A stretch of 64,000 bases of DNA from an uncultured Gemmatimonadaceae bacterium (lineage in GTDB: Bacteria > Gemmatimonadota > Gemmatimonadetes > Gemmatimonadales > Gemmatimonadaceae), in contig CAWAGQ010000010.1 of the NCBI GenBank assembly GCA_963781585.1, positions 256,001 through 320,000 of the forward strand. The letters run 5' to 3'. Made by a program: the position numbers and the translations under genes. Below the pieces are notes generated by a model. That model did not search any database. It saw nothing but the letters and a program-made list of their open reading frames with translations, and had not been told where the DNA came from. This document shows positions 9,321 to 19,380 of this stretch, one piece after another (position 1 is the first letter of the stretch; each line of letters begins with the position of its first letter).

Positions 9321-10124
9321 CTATTCGGAACCGCTTCCTTTGGCCCCCAGCAGTCGCGCGTGCAAGCGGGCGCGATACGATCGTGCCAGACGGAGTTTCG
9401 GCCCACCATGCAGGAGCACGATGCTGTCTCCGGCGAACCACGGTTGCACCTCATGGATGCGGTCGAGGTTCACGATGTAACGCCGGTGAATACGCACGAA
9501 CTGCCGGGGATCGAGACGGGATTCAAGCCCGCTGATCGTGCCGCGGATCAGGTGGCTGCCGGCGGCCGTGGTCGCGCGCACATAGTTGCCTTCGGCTTCC
9601 CAGTACCACACGTCGGCCGTCCGCAGAATACGGATCGCGCCGTCCACCTTCACCGCCACCCGGTCCAAGACGTTCGGCTCGACGATGTCAGAAGGGCCGC
9701 GACCGAGGTAACTGCGCAGCAATTCCCGGAATCGCTCCTCCTCACCGGAACGGTCCCGTTCCCGAAGACGTTGTTTCGCGCGCTCGAACGCATCGTGAAA
9801 GCGCTCCGCATCGTACGGCTTGAGCAGATAGTCCACGGCGTGCACCTCAAACGCCTTCACCGCGTGCTGGTCGAACGCGGTAATGAACACGGTGGCCGGC
9901 ATGCTCTCGGGGCCCAGCGCTTCCAGCACGGCGAAGCCATCCACGTCAGGCATCTGGATGTCGAGGAATACCAAATCGGGACGGAGACGCTCGATGGCCT
10001 CGATGGCTTCGCGCCCTCCCACGCATTCCGCGACCACGTCCGCCTCACCCGTCTCTTCGACAAGCCGCGACACGCGCTGCCGTGCCACCTTCTCATCGTC
10101 CACCACCACGACCTTGAGTGTCAC
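9321..10124 (-). CDS. LytTR family response regulator
   Basis: VVVVDDE, FLDIQMP, FITAF, DYLLKP and FVRIHRRYIVN. GTG start overlaps the kinase stop (GTGA). Confidence 0.92.
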   Translation of the reverse strand: MTLKVVVVDDEKVARQRVSRLVEETGEADVVAECVGGREAIEAIERLRPDLVFLDIQMPDVDGFAVLEALGPESMPATVFITAFDQHAVKAFEVHAVDYLLKPYDAERFHDAFERAKQRLRERDRSGEEERFRELLRSYLGRGPSDIVEPNVLDRVAVKVDGAIRILRTADVWYWEAEGNYVRATTAAGSHLIRGTISGLESRLDPRQFVRIHRRYIVNLDRIHEVQPWFAGDSIVLLHGGPKLRLARSYRARLHARLLGAKGSGSE

Positions 10125-11992
10125 GAAAACCTCCCGACATGCTCCGGCACGGGGCCCGCCGCTTCGCGCTCGACCGCCAATCGGGCGTGGGAGAGCGCGG
10201 CATCGCCCGCGACGGTGCGGTGGCCGTCCATGCCCGCGTCGAGAGAGAGGCGCAGGTAGTCGCCCAGCCGCGCGATCAACCGCTCGGCGCGGCTCGAGTC
10301 CGCAACGACCAGGTCGGAGAGGCGGGTCAGCGTGCCGAGGAGGAGCTCGGGGTTCGCCCGGATCGCCACGGTGCGAAGGCGAGTCTCGGCGAGTTGCGCC
10401 TGCACTGCCGCATCGGAGGCTTCCCGCTCCCGGAGCCACGTGAGGAGTTGCGTCCGGTGTCCGATCGCCACGACGGCCCAGAAGATCAGCAGGTTCAGTC
10501 CTGTCATGAGGGCGAGCGCGGTGACCCACGACAGTTCCGGATGAAACAGCGCACGCGCGAGAACCGCCTGCGCAAGCGACACCATCACGCCGGAGACGAG
10601 ATACCCGAGCGCGCGTCCCCGCCGCAGGGGCATGGTGAGCGGATACCGTCGCATGAGGGCGAATGCGCCGAGGGTGAACGCGGCCCAGAGCAGAGCGCTG
10701 CCCATGTCGTCGCCGAGAATGTCCAGAAGCTGACCGCGGACGAGGCGGTGGCGCAGCGCGAGATACGCCACGCTCTGCTGGGACCAGATGATTCCCCACA
10801 CGGACCAGGCGATCGCGATCCCGACCACCGAATTGCGCGGACGGGCGGATATGGTCGCTCCGTCATGAACCGGGAGCGCGTCGATCGAATGGTCCAGGGA
10901 GGTCGCAGTCGGCTCTTCTGCGGAGAAGGCGGTGCCGGCTGCGGCGGCACGCGGGAACGCCTCGCTGTACCGCAACGGTAGAGAAAGGCGCGCGACGGTA
11001 CCCGGATGATCGTCACTCAGCAGTTGGAGCGCCGCATCGTCGTCGTACATGGAGCGAAGCCGTTCGCGCACGTTCACGAGTCCGACGCCGTGACCCGCGG
11101 CCGCGCGGGACGACATCCCCACGCCGTTGTCGCGAACTTCCACGATCAGCCGGTTTCGCTCGGTGCGGGTCGCAATGACCAGTCGGCCGGGCGCGGTGCG
11201 GCCCGCCAGCCCGTGCCGGATCGCGTTCTCGACCAGGGGCTGCAGCACGAGACGCGGCACCAGGGCGCCGCGGGTGCAAGGGTCGACGTGCTGCTCGATT
11301 TCGAGCCAGTCGGCAAAGCGGAGGCGCTGAATGTCCAGGTAGGGCTCGAGGGCTGCCAGTTCACGCCCGAGCGGCACCTCGCCGGCCGCACCGGCCAGCG
11401 CGAATTCGAGTACGCTCCGGAGTTGGCGAATCACCCGCGCCGCCGATGCCGGCGCACGATGGGCGAGCTCCGAAACAAGGCCGAGAGAATTGAACAGGAA
11501 GTGCGGGTGCAGTTGCGCCTCGAGGAACTCGAGGCGGGCCTGCGACAATTGCGCCGCCAGCCGATCGGTGGTGTGCTTCTGCGCCACGAGCATGCGCTGC
11601 GCGCGCAGGACCTCGCCAACGAGGATGACCGCCAGGTATGCGACCATGACGACGTCGGCGTAGTAGGTGACCGTCACGATGAAGGCCACCTGCGGATTGT
11701 CGCCGAGCGCGCGAACGGCGAAGCGCCGCGCTGCGGCATCGCCCATCATGGTGAGAATCAGCAGGGGCGCGTGGGCAGCCACAACCGCCATGGTGCGCGA
11801 GAGGCGCGCACGCAGGCGTCGGTGCGCGCCGCTGATGAGCAGACTGGCCGCGGTCCAGTATGCCGCGAGCAGGGCATGGTAGCCGAGGTACCAGGAGAAC
11901 GGCATTTGCGCGCGGTCGAGCGCGAATTCCGCCGCGCCCTGCACCATTCCGAACGCGATCCACGCGGCGAAAATCAGGGCGGCACCACGCAT
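10121..11992 (-). CDS. LytS-type sensor histidine kinase with an extra degenerate C-terminal membrane/H-box repeat
   Basis: AQLHPHFLFNSL H-box, LQPLVENAIRHG N-box, DNGVG and GHGVGLVNVRERL G-boxes, followed by a second TM bundle. Confidence 0.85.
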   Translation of the reverse strand: MRGAALIFAAWIAFGMVQGAAEFALDRAQMPFSWYLGYHALLAAYWTAASLLISGAHRRLRARLSRTMAVVAAHAPLLILTMMGDAAARRFAVRALGDNPQVAFIVTVTYYADVVMVAYLAVILVGEVLRAQRMLVAQKHTTDRLAAQLSQARLEFLEAQLHPHFLFNSLGLVSELAHRAPASAARVIRQLRSVLEFALAGAAGEVPLGRELAALEPYLDIQRLRFADWLEIEQHVDPCTRGALVPRLVLQPLVENAIRHGLAGRTAPGRLVIATRTERNRLIVEVRDNGVGMSSRAAAGHGVGLVNVRERLRSMYDDDAALQLLSDDHPGTVARLSLPLRYSEAFPRAAAAGTAFSAEEPTATSLDHSIDALPVHDGATISARPRNSVVGIAIAWSVWGIIWSQQSVAYLALRHRLVRGQLLDILGDDMGSALLWAAFTLGAFALMRRYPLTMPLRRGRALGYLVSGVMVSLAQAVLARALFHPELSWVTALALMTGLNLLIFWAVVAIGHRTQLLTWLREREASDAAVQAQLAETRLRTVAIRANPELLLGTLTRLSDLVVADSSRAERLIARLGDYLRLSLDAGMDGHRTVAGDAALSHARLAVEREAAGPVPEHVGRFS

Positions 11993-12093
11993 GCTGGACA
12001 GTAGCTGCCTGCCGGTTCGAGAACCACGGCGGCGGGGGCCGATCGTTCGCCGCGCGTGACGGATTGTCGTCGCGGTCGGCCGACGACGCCGTT

Positions 12094-12145
12094 CGACACG
12101 CCGACACGCCGACACGCCGACACGCCGACACGCCGACACGCCGAC
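12094..12145 (+). repeat. Perfect 8-bp tandem repeat (CGACACGC)x6 plus CGAC
   Basis: Directly visible between the divergent kinase and permease genes. Confidence 0.95.
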
Positions 12146-12260
12146 CCGGCGCGCGGCACCGCCAGTCGCGAGCCGCGTGCACGAAACCTTCGCACGCGCT
12201 GCAGTTGTCCCAGTGGGAAGACCAGGGTTGCGCGCCGGCCGCACCGGCTGCCTGGAGGAC

Positions 12261-14732
12261 GTGAACCAATCGGCGCTCGGGGATTACATGAAGATCATCG
12301 CGCAGGACCTTCGTCACGCTGCACGTTCGCTCCGGCGGGCTCCGACCATCACGGTCGCCGCCGTGTTGTGTCTGGCGCTTGGCATCGGCGCCACCACTGC
12401 GGTCTCCAGCGCGATCAGCCGCGCGCTGCTGCAGCCGCCGCCGTTCCGGGATCCCGACCGTCTGGTTGCGGTGCATCGCATTACGCCGCAATCCGGCCCG
12501 CAGGGCACCTGGCCGCAATCGGCGCCTAACTACGTGGATCTCGCACGCGAGACACGACAGGTGCAGGGACTCGCCGCCCTCGCTGAGGGGTCATCGCTCG
12601 TCCAGCTGCGAGACGAGGCCGTACAGACCAGCGCTCAGGGGGTGACGGGCAATCTGTTTGCCACCCTCGGCGTGCGGGCCGAGCATGGTCGCCTGATCAC
12701 GCCGGATGACGATCGGCTCGATGCGCCGCTGGTCGCGGTGCTCAGCCACGAGTTCTGGACCACGCATCTCGGCGGGGACTCGGGCGCGGTGGGACGGACA
12801 CTCACGATCGATGGACAGCCTGCCACCATCATCGGGATTGCCTGGCCGGATTTCCGCATTCCGCACGGTACCAACGTCCTGCGCGCCGACATCTGGATGC
12901 CGATGCGGTTCACGCCGAACCAGCTGACCCAGCGCCGCAGCAACTACCTGCGTCTTCTGGGGCGGCTGGCACCCGGCGCAACGCCGCAATCGGCGCAAGC
13001 CGAACTGCGTACGTTGTTCGACGGTCTGGTCCGCACGTACCCGCAGCTGCGAGGCGAAGACCTCCGCGTGGCGCCGCTGCAGGGGGAAAACGTGCGATCG
13101 GTGCGTACTCCCCTGTTGCTGCTGTTCGGAGCGGTGTGCATGGTGCTCCTGATTGCGGCGACAAATGTCGCGGCGATGCTTTTGGCACGCGGAGTGCAGC
13201 GACGCCGCGAGCTGGCCGTTCGCTCGGCTCTGGGTGCTACTCGATGGGCGGCCTTGCGGCCCGCGCTGGCCGAGAGCCTCGTCATTACGGGACTGGGCGT
13301 GGCGCTGGGCATCGCGCTGGCCGTTGGCGGCGTTCGCACGATCGGTGCGCTGGCCGCAGCGCGCCTGCCGCAGCTCGAGGGCCTGCACGTCGACGGCGGT
13401 GTGATTGCATTTGCGATCGCGCTGGCCGTCGTCACCGCGGTGGCGTGCGGAGCGGCGCCGGCATGGCGCGGCGCAACGGTCGACCCGCAGGATGCGCTCC
13501 GCGGCGGCCGCGGTGGAGGAGCAGGCCGTGACCACCAGCGGGCCCTTCGGGGTCTCGTGGTATTCGAGATCTCCCTGTCGCTGGTACTCCTCATCGGTGC
13601 CGGACTCGTGCTCAAGGGCTTCGCGCGGCTGCTGGCGAACGACCCCGGGTTCGACCCATCGCGGATTCTGACCTTGCGCGTGACCACGTCCGCCGCGCGA
13701 TACCCCAATCAGACCTCGGTGCAGGCGTTCCTGGAGCCCGCGCTCGCAGCGATCCGCGTGATTCCGGGTGTGGAGGCCGCAGGGGCCATCAATGTGGTAC
13801 CGTACGCCAACTGGGGATGGAACTCGAACGTCCGCTACGAAGGAGTTCCGCCCGACGATCCGACGCGACTCCCCCTCGTCGAAATGCGGACCGTGGTACC
13901 GGAATTCTTCGATGTCACCCGGCAGCGTCTCATTGCCGGGCGCCGACTGCTGGCGTCGGACCAGGGCGGCCAGAACGCCCGCTTGATGACCGTCGTGAAC
14001 CAGGCGCTCGTGGAGCGTGACTTCAAGGGGCACGATGCCGTCGGGCAGCGGTTCAACCTCGACCGGTTTCCGGGAGACACCGCGATGGGAACGATCGTTG
14101 GTGTGGTCGGGAATGTCCGAAATGCGGGGCCGGTCGCCGAACCTCAACCCGGCATGTACTGGACGTACGCCCAGAGTAGTCCAGGCGCCTCGCAGTTTCC
14201 GCTCATGATTCGCGTGCGGAGCGGTGATCCAGCCGCCGTTTACGGGGCGGTGCGCGCCGCCATAAGCGGCATCGATCCGACGGCGGCGATCGGCGACACG
14301 CGGACGATGGCCGAGGTCGTTGCGTCGAGTCTCGGTCGCCCGCGATTCTACTTCAGTCTGTTGGGTACTTTCGCCGCGGTCGCGGTACTGCTCGCTGTGG
14401 CGGGGCTCTACGGGGTGCTGGCGTATGCCGTGGCCCAGCGCACGCGCGAAATCGGGATCCGGGTGGCGTTGGGCAGCTCACGTCGCGCGCTGGTTCAGCT
14501 TGTGACGCTCGAGGGGCTGCAGTTGGTTGCCGTGGGACTCGCACTGGGTTTGGCTGGCGGCGCGGCCCTTACCCGGCTGATGACCTTCATGCTGTACGGG
14601 GTGAGCCCGCTCGACCGGGTCACCTGGCTCGCGGCCGCGGCGCTCCTGTTCGCGGCCTCGATGGCGGCCGCGATCGTTCCGGCGCTGCGGGCGTCACGCG
14701 TCAATCCGATGATTGCGATGCAGGCCGAGTGA
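12261..14732 (+). CDS. Duplicated MacB/FtsX-type ABC permease (ADOP-like orphan permease)
   Basis: QDLRHAARSLRRAP, LALGIGATT, RRRELAVRSALGA and RTREIGIRVALG. GTG 12261 follows GGAGG (alternative ATG 12288). No adjacent ATPase gene. Confidence 0.9.
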   Translation: MNQSALGDYMKIIAQDLRHAARSLRRAPTITVAAVLCLALGIGATTAVSSAISRALLQPPPFRDPDRLVAVHRITPQSGPQGTWPQSAPNYVDLARETRQVQGLAALAEGSSLVQLRDEAVQTSAQGVTGNLFATLGVRAEHGRLITPDDDRLDAPLVAVLSHEFWTTHLGGDSGAVGRTLTIDGQPATIIGIAWPDFRIPHGTNVLRADIWMPMRFTPNQLTQRRSNYLRLLGRLAPGATPQSAQAELRTLFDGLVRTYPQLRGEDLRVAPLQGENVRSVRTPLLLLFGAVCMVLLIAATNVAAMLLARGVQRRRELAVRSALGATRWAALRPALAESLVITGLGVALGIALAVGGVRTIGALAAARLPQLEGLHVDGGVIAFAIALAVVTAVACGAAPAWRGATVDPQDALRGGRGGGAGRDHQRALRGLVVFEISLSLVLLIGAGLVLKGFARLLANDPGFDPSRILTLRVTTSAARYPNQTSVQAFLEPALAAIRVIPGVEAAGAINVVPYANWGWNSNVRYEGVPPDDPTRLPLVEMRTVVPEFFDVTRQRLIAGRRLLASDQGGQNARLMTVVNQALVERDFKGHDAVGQRFNLDRFPGDTAMGTIVGVVGNVRNAGPVAEPQPGMYWTYAQSSPGASQFPLMIRVRSGDPAAVYGAVRAAISGIDPTAAIGDTRTMAEVVASSLGRPRFYFSLLGTFAAVAVLLAVAGLYGVLAYAVAQRTREIGIRVALGSSRRALVQLVTLEGLQLVAVGLALGLAGGAALTRLMTFMLYGVSPLDRVTWLAAAALLFAASMAAAIVPALRASRVNPMIAMQAE

Positions 14733-14805
14733 CGGCGTCAACGTTGCGCCGCGACTCGGGCCCGTGCGAGAATACGGTCCACACTGAGCGGCATCGAATC
14801 GCGCG

Positions 14806-16233
14806 TTGACAGACTTCCTCGGTAATCTGCAGGCCCATCTCGGCGACGAGTTCACCCTGGAACGGGAACTCGGCGGCGGAGGGATGTCGCGCGTGGTCCT
14901 GGCGCGCGACACTCGCCTGGAGCGGCGCGTGGTCATCAAGGTGCTGCCGCCCAGTGTCACCGCCACCATCTCGGCCGACCGGTTCAAGCGCGAGATCATG
15001 CTGTCGGCCGCCCTTCAGCACCCCAACATCGTGCCGGTACTGCGGGCCGGAGAATACGACGGCCTGCCGTATTTCGTGATGCCGTACATCGAAGGCGAGT
15101 CGCTCCGGACGAGGATGATGCGGGGTCCGCTCTCGGTGCGGGAGACCGTGAGCATCCTGAAGGACGTCACGCGGGCGCTCATCTTCGCGCACGGCCGCGG
15201 CATCATCCATCGGGACATCAAGCCCGACAACGTGCTGCTGTCGTCGGGCACCGCCGTGGTGACCGACTTCGGCGTGGCGAAGGCGCTGTCGGCGTCGCGA
15301 CAGACGGGGGTCCGGGCCGCGTCGTCGACGATCACCGGGGTGGGGATGTCACCGGGGACGCCGGCGTACATGGCGCCGGAGCAGGCGGCGGCCGATCCCC
15401 GGACCGATCACCGCGCCGACCTCTATTCGTTAGGCATTCTGGCCTACGAAATGCTGGCGGGGACTCCGCCATTCTACGGCAGGACGCCGCAGGCGCTGCT
15501 GGCGGCGCAGCTCAGCGAGGTCCCCCCGCCGCTTTCGCTCCGGCGCTATGACGTCCCGCCGGAACTCGACAATCTCATCAGCAAGTGCCTGGAGAAGGAC
15601 CCCCTGCGACGTCCCGAGTCGGCGACGGCCGTGCTCCGCGCACTCGAAGATCCGTCGATGGTCAGCGGGATCTTCAACGCGCCGGTGAGTCCGCGCCGCC
15701 GCCCGGGCTGGACCCTCGTCCTGGCAGGACTGGTGGCGCTCCTGGTGGTCGCGGCCACGGTGCGGGTCTGGGTGCGTCAACGAACCGCAGCCACGCCCGC
15801 GGCCGCGGCGCCCGTGCCGACGGCCCCGGCCCTGGAGCGGTCCATCGCCGTGCTCCCGCTCGACGGTGTGGGATCCGACTCGCGCGCTCGCAACGTGGCC
15901 GACGGGATCACCTCCGAGCTGACGAACGCCATGGCCGGTATCGCCGGCATGCGGGTTTCGTCGGCGGCATCGGCCCTGGCGATCCGCGATCGGATCCGCT
16001 CGCGCCGCGACAGCACTGTCGCGCCGGATGTGGCCCTTCTTGTCGAGGGCACCGTGCAGCGGGAGCGAAACGCGTTGCGGGTGGTCATGCGGTTGGTGGA
16101 CGTCGCCAGGGACTCCACCATGTGGGCGCAGACCTTCAACGGCGTCGCGGACAGTACGCTCCAGCTGCAGAGCACGGTGGCACAGGCGGTGACCGCCGGA
16201 GTGATCGCCCGACTGAGCCCTGACGGGCGCTGA
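14806..16233 (+). CDS. Membrane Ser/Thr protein kinase with a C-terminal TolB-like domain
   Basis: LGGGGMSRV, VIK, HRDIKPDN, DFG, GTPAYMAPEQ, one TM helix and SIAVLPL. Confidence 0.92.
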   Translation: MTDFLGNLQAHLGDEFTLERELGGGGMSRVVLARDTRLERRVVIKVLPPSVTATISADRFKREIMLSAALQHPNIVPVLRAGEYDGLPYFVMPYIEGESLRTRMMRGPLSVRETVSILKDVTRALIFAHGRGIIHRDIKPDNVLLSSGTAVVTDFGVAKALSASRQTGVRAASSTITGVGMSPGTPAYMAPEQAAADPRTDHRADLYSLGILAYEMLAGTPPFYGRTPQALLAAQLSEVPPPLSLRRYDVPPELDNLISKCLEKDPLRRPESATAVLRALEDPSMVSGIFNAPVSPRRRPGWTLVLAGLVALLVVAATVRVWVRQRTAATPAAAAPVPTAPALERSIAVLPLDGVGSDSRARNVADGITSELTNAMAGIAGMRVSSAASALAIRDRIRSRRDSTVAPDVALLVEGTVQRERNALRVVMRLVDVARDSTMWAQTFNGVADSTLQLQSTVAQAVTAGVIARLSPDGR

Positions 16234-16395
16234 AACGCTGCCGCGGCCGCCCGATGAAAATCTGTACGGCGGTTAAGGTAGCCCTGGTCGAGCCCGCAGC
16301 ATGTGACGCCGTGTATCGGAACCTCCCGTGACGTGTTGGCAGAACCGGGGCGCGCGGTGCCATCGTACCGGTGACAACATCGAGCCGGGGTCCAG

Positions 16396-17244
16396 ATGTT
16401 CTCATCTCTCCGCTTCATCGCGCTGGCTGCCATCGCGGGATCGTCCGCCGCCCCGATGCGCGCCCAGCAGGTGGTCATCGAGAATGTCGTCCGCCTTCGT
16501 GCGACGGCCACGAAGAACACGGGCACCCTTCGCCTGCTCGAGCCCGAGGACACCGTCGCCCTGGTTCGTCCGGACACGCTCCGCAACGACTACCTGCACG
16601 TCGCGACGACATCGGGTGACACGGGTTGGGTGTCGATTTCCTTTGCGCACCGGGTGCGGCCGCCGCGGGCGACCCCAGGCGCGGACTCCGTGCAGTCGAT
16701 CGGCGCAGCGGAGATTGCGACGTCGTGCGGAGTCAAGTGCGGCGTGGAGCGCTGGGCCGTGAAGACGCTGACCGATGCCGACGCGGACGAGGTTGATCTC
16801 ACTCCCGTCGTGCGCACGCCGTTCCAGCTGCGCAAACTCGAGGAGCCGGAGGAGAAGCCGGACAACGGCCGACTGGGCGACGTGGAACGCGCGGTCTACG
16901 AGGTCCACGGTGTGATCCTTGGCTGGATTCGCGAAGCCGACAAGGACATCCACATCGTCATCGCCTCGGAATCGAATCACGCCACGACCATCATCGCCGA
17001 AGTCCCCAGTTCCGATTGCCGGCGTGTTTGTCTGAGCGACAGCCGGACCGCGTTCGACGATGTCCGCCAGGCGCTCGCCACCCGTCTCGGGACACCGCCC
17101 ACCAGGTACAAGGAGTTGTCGTCTCCAGTGCGGGTCCGCATCACCGGGGTGGGATTCTTCGACCAGCGGCATTCGACGCCGCAGCATGGTGTCGCGCCGA
17201 ACAATTTCGAGCTCCATCCGGTGATTGCGGTCGTGTTTCCATAG
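16396..17244 (+). CDS. Secreted protein with an SH3-like domain and an OB-fold-like domain
   Basis: Signal peptide. VRLR..GDTGWVS (SH3b-like), then ERWAVKT, DKDIHIV, IIAEVP, GVGFFD and ELHPV. Confidence 0.65.
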   Translation: MFSSLRFIALAAIAGSSAAPMRAQQVVIENVVRLRATATKNTGTLRLLEPEDTVALVRPDTLRNDYLHVATTSGDTGWVSISFAHRVRPPRATPGADSVQSIGAAEIATSCGVKCGVERWAVKTLTDADADEVDLTPVVRTPFQLRKLEEPEEKPDNGRLGDVERAVYEVHGVILGWIREADKDIHIVIASESNHATTIIAEVPSSDCRRVCLSDSRTAFDDVRQALATRLGTPPTRYKELSSPVRVRITGVGFFDQRHSTPQHGVAPNNFELHPVIAVVFP

Positions 17245-17390
17245 CCCGCGGCCCGAGTCCGCGATGGAAGCGGCCGCCCCGCTGTGCGGCACCGCACGCG
17301 TTCGCTGGCAGGCGGATTGACCACGCCCACGCGGCCTCTATACTTGGAGCCGCTCCCGGATTCTCCCGTCCACCCGCTCGCTCGGCATCG

Positions 17391-18413
17391 GTGGTCCACA
17401 TTCGGTTCGCCCGCTCAGCCTTGCAGATTCTGTCCGTGGTGGCGATCGCCGTGTCGACCGTGGCCGCGCAGTCCGGGCCACCATCCGCGCCGGCGATGGG
17501 GCGCGATGAAATCGCTGCGTTCGCCAGGATCCAGGCCGCGATCGCGGAAGCGCGTGATTCACTCCAGGCGCAATTCGCGAAAGCGGGGAATGCCAAGGAG
17601 GAAGCTCAACAGCAACTACGGGAGCAGCTGCACACCCAGATTACGGAGATCCTCCAGAAGAACGGCATGACGGAGGAGGAATATCGGCACAAGACGTATG
17701 TGGTGAGCACCGACTCGGTCGCCCGGCAGATGTTCGACAGCGCATTGGTGGCCGTGACGGGTCAGCCCATTCCCGGGCAGTATCACGCGCCGCCGCCGCG
17801 GAGCGCGCCGGGCGGCGCGGCCGCGAAGGTGCCGGTTCCGCCTGGACCGGCGGGTGTGCACATCGGTCACGTCGTAAACGGATTCGGCGACACGCCGGAC
17901 GGACAAGGGTTGCTCCCCACCGCGATGGCTGAGGCGCGCATCGCCGCGCAGCACGCACAGCTGGCGGCGCGCGATCCCGCCAATCTGGACGCCATGAAGC
18001 TCCACGCCGGTCACGTGATTCATGCCATCGATCCGACGGTGATAGCGAGCGGCCCCGGCCTCGGATACGGAGTGAAGAAGGCGGCCACGGGCGTCGCCAC
18101 GCACATCGAACTGGCAGCCAAATCACCCGGGGCCTCGCAGAACATCATGACCCACGCGGTGCACATCGCGACATCGGCGCGCAATACCGTCAAGCGCGCC
18201 GATCAGCTTCTGGCACTGGCGCAACAGGTGCGGGCGGCCACGTCGGCGTCCGACGCCGCGGCACTGGTCAGCCAGATGGTATCGCTTTCGGCGCAGCTCA
18301 TCTCCGGTTCTGATGCCAACGGAGACGGTCGGGTGAGCTGGGAAGAAGGGGAGGGCGGACTACAGCAGTGCCAGGAACACGTGGATCTGATGCTGGCGGC
18401 GGAGAGGCCATAG
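17391..18413 (+). CDS. Secreted helical protein with a DUF4168-like N-terminal domain and a His-rich C-terminal domain
   Basis: Signal peptide ending VAAQ. EILQKNGMTEEEY, several HxxH motifs and EF-hand-like DANGDGRVSWEE. Confidence 0.65.
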   Translation: MVHIRFARSALQILSVVAIAVSTVAAQSGPPSAPAMGRDEIAAFARIQAAIAEARDSLQAQFAKAGNAKEEAQQQLREQLHTQITEILQKNGMTEEEYRHKTYVVSTDSVARQMFDSALVAVTGQPIPGQYHAPPPRSAPGGAAAKVPVPPGPAGVHIGHVVNGFGDTPDGQGLLPTAMAEARIAAQHAQLAARDPANLDAMKLHAGHVIHAIDPTVIASGPGLGYGVKKAATGVATHIELAAKSPGASQNIMTHAVHIATSARNTVKRADQLLALAQQVRAATSASDAAALVSQMVSLSAQLISGSDANGDGRVSWEEGEGGLQQCQEHVDLMLAAERP

Positions 18414-18481
18414 GCCGAAAGTTATCGGCCATGGCGGGGACTCAACTCACGACGATCAGGCCTGGCGCACCTGCGTTGGCG

Positions 18482-18922
18482 CTATGGCACCTCGTACCTC
18501 CTGGATACCTCCACCTGGTGGGAGACGTCGAGGTCTATGTAGTACCTGTAGTCTGGTGCCGTGAGGAGTGCACCATACGGGTCCGCCCAGTAGGCCGCGT
18601 ACCTTCCGCATGGCAGTTGGAGCCCGTCAATTGCCTGGGCGCCTATTGCGGAGGAGTCCTTCGCCGGTAGTCGCACGGGTATCGCGATTGACTCCATCTC
18701 CCGGTCTTTGACTCGAAGCGTGATTGCGAACCGCTGGCCATGGAGGCAACCGTCGAAACCGCCAATGTTAAACGGTATCAAGACGCCCGGCCTTGATCGG
18801 TCGTAGACCGGTGCGTCGATCGACGTGAAGCTGGGAACACCACGATCGGCTTCTTGAGCCAGTGCGTGGGCCTGCACGCTGACCAGCAGACCCACCGCGG
18901 AAGGGATGCTGAAGCGATTCAT
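18482..18922 (-). CDS. Secreted hypothetical protein, possibly FlgD/Ig-like fold, with two Cys
   Basis: AGGAG RBS and signal peptide ending ALA-Q. IPFNIG..C..ITLRV..AIPV..LPCGRYAAYW..YRYYIDLDV pattern. Confidence 0.55.
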   Translation of the reverse strand: MNRFSIPSAVGLLVSVQAHALAQEADRGVPSFTSIDAPVYDRSRPGVLIPFNIGGFDGCLHGQRFAITLRVKDREMESIAIPVRLPAKDSSAIGAQAIDGLQLPCGRYAAYWADPYGALLTAPDYRYYIDLDVSHQVEVSRRYEVP

Positions 18923-19026
18923 GGCCGCTCCTGCAAAGGTTCAAGTGGAGGGGAGTCGCGAAACGAGACTCAGGTGTCAGTGAGCTTCGCCGCAACGGGG
19001 GCTCAGTACTTTCGACAACATTACGT

Positions 19027-19380
19027 CTATTTCCGTTTAGGCAATAGGAAGCATTGGACCTGACCCGGTTTGCAGCGACGTGGGCCTGGCCGCGCCGCGT
19101 CCGCGGACTTCGCTGCGCGGCCGGTGTCGCCCGCGCGTGTGGAGCAGGCGGTGCCGGTGAGGGCAATAGCGGCGCCGGCGGCGATGCACCGGCCAACGAA
19201 GGTGCGGCGGTCGACGAGTGTCGGAGCCGAATGCGGAGCGCTGTCGACTGACGGCCGTGGGCTCTCGGCCGGAGAAAGCAGGGGATGGCGCGAAGCGTCA
19301 GACACTGTGTCCTGGGCGAAGGTGATGGTGCGGGGGACAGTCTTGGGCACGCCGTCAGGCATGAAGGTGGGGACGATCAC
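19027..19380 (-). pseudogene. Possible truncated Tat-lipoprotein N-terminus
   Basis: DRRTFVGRCIAAGAAIALTGTAC, after which the frame runs into AT-rich sequence and stops. Confidence 0.3.

Noticed and set aside
1582..12145. Short repeat tracts as CRISPR arrays
   Set aside because: Units are 7-9 bp with no unique spacers, and there are no cas genes.
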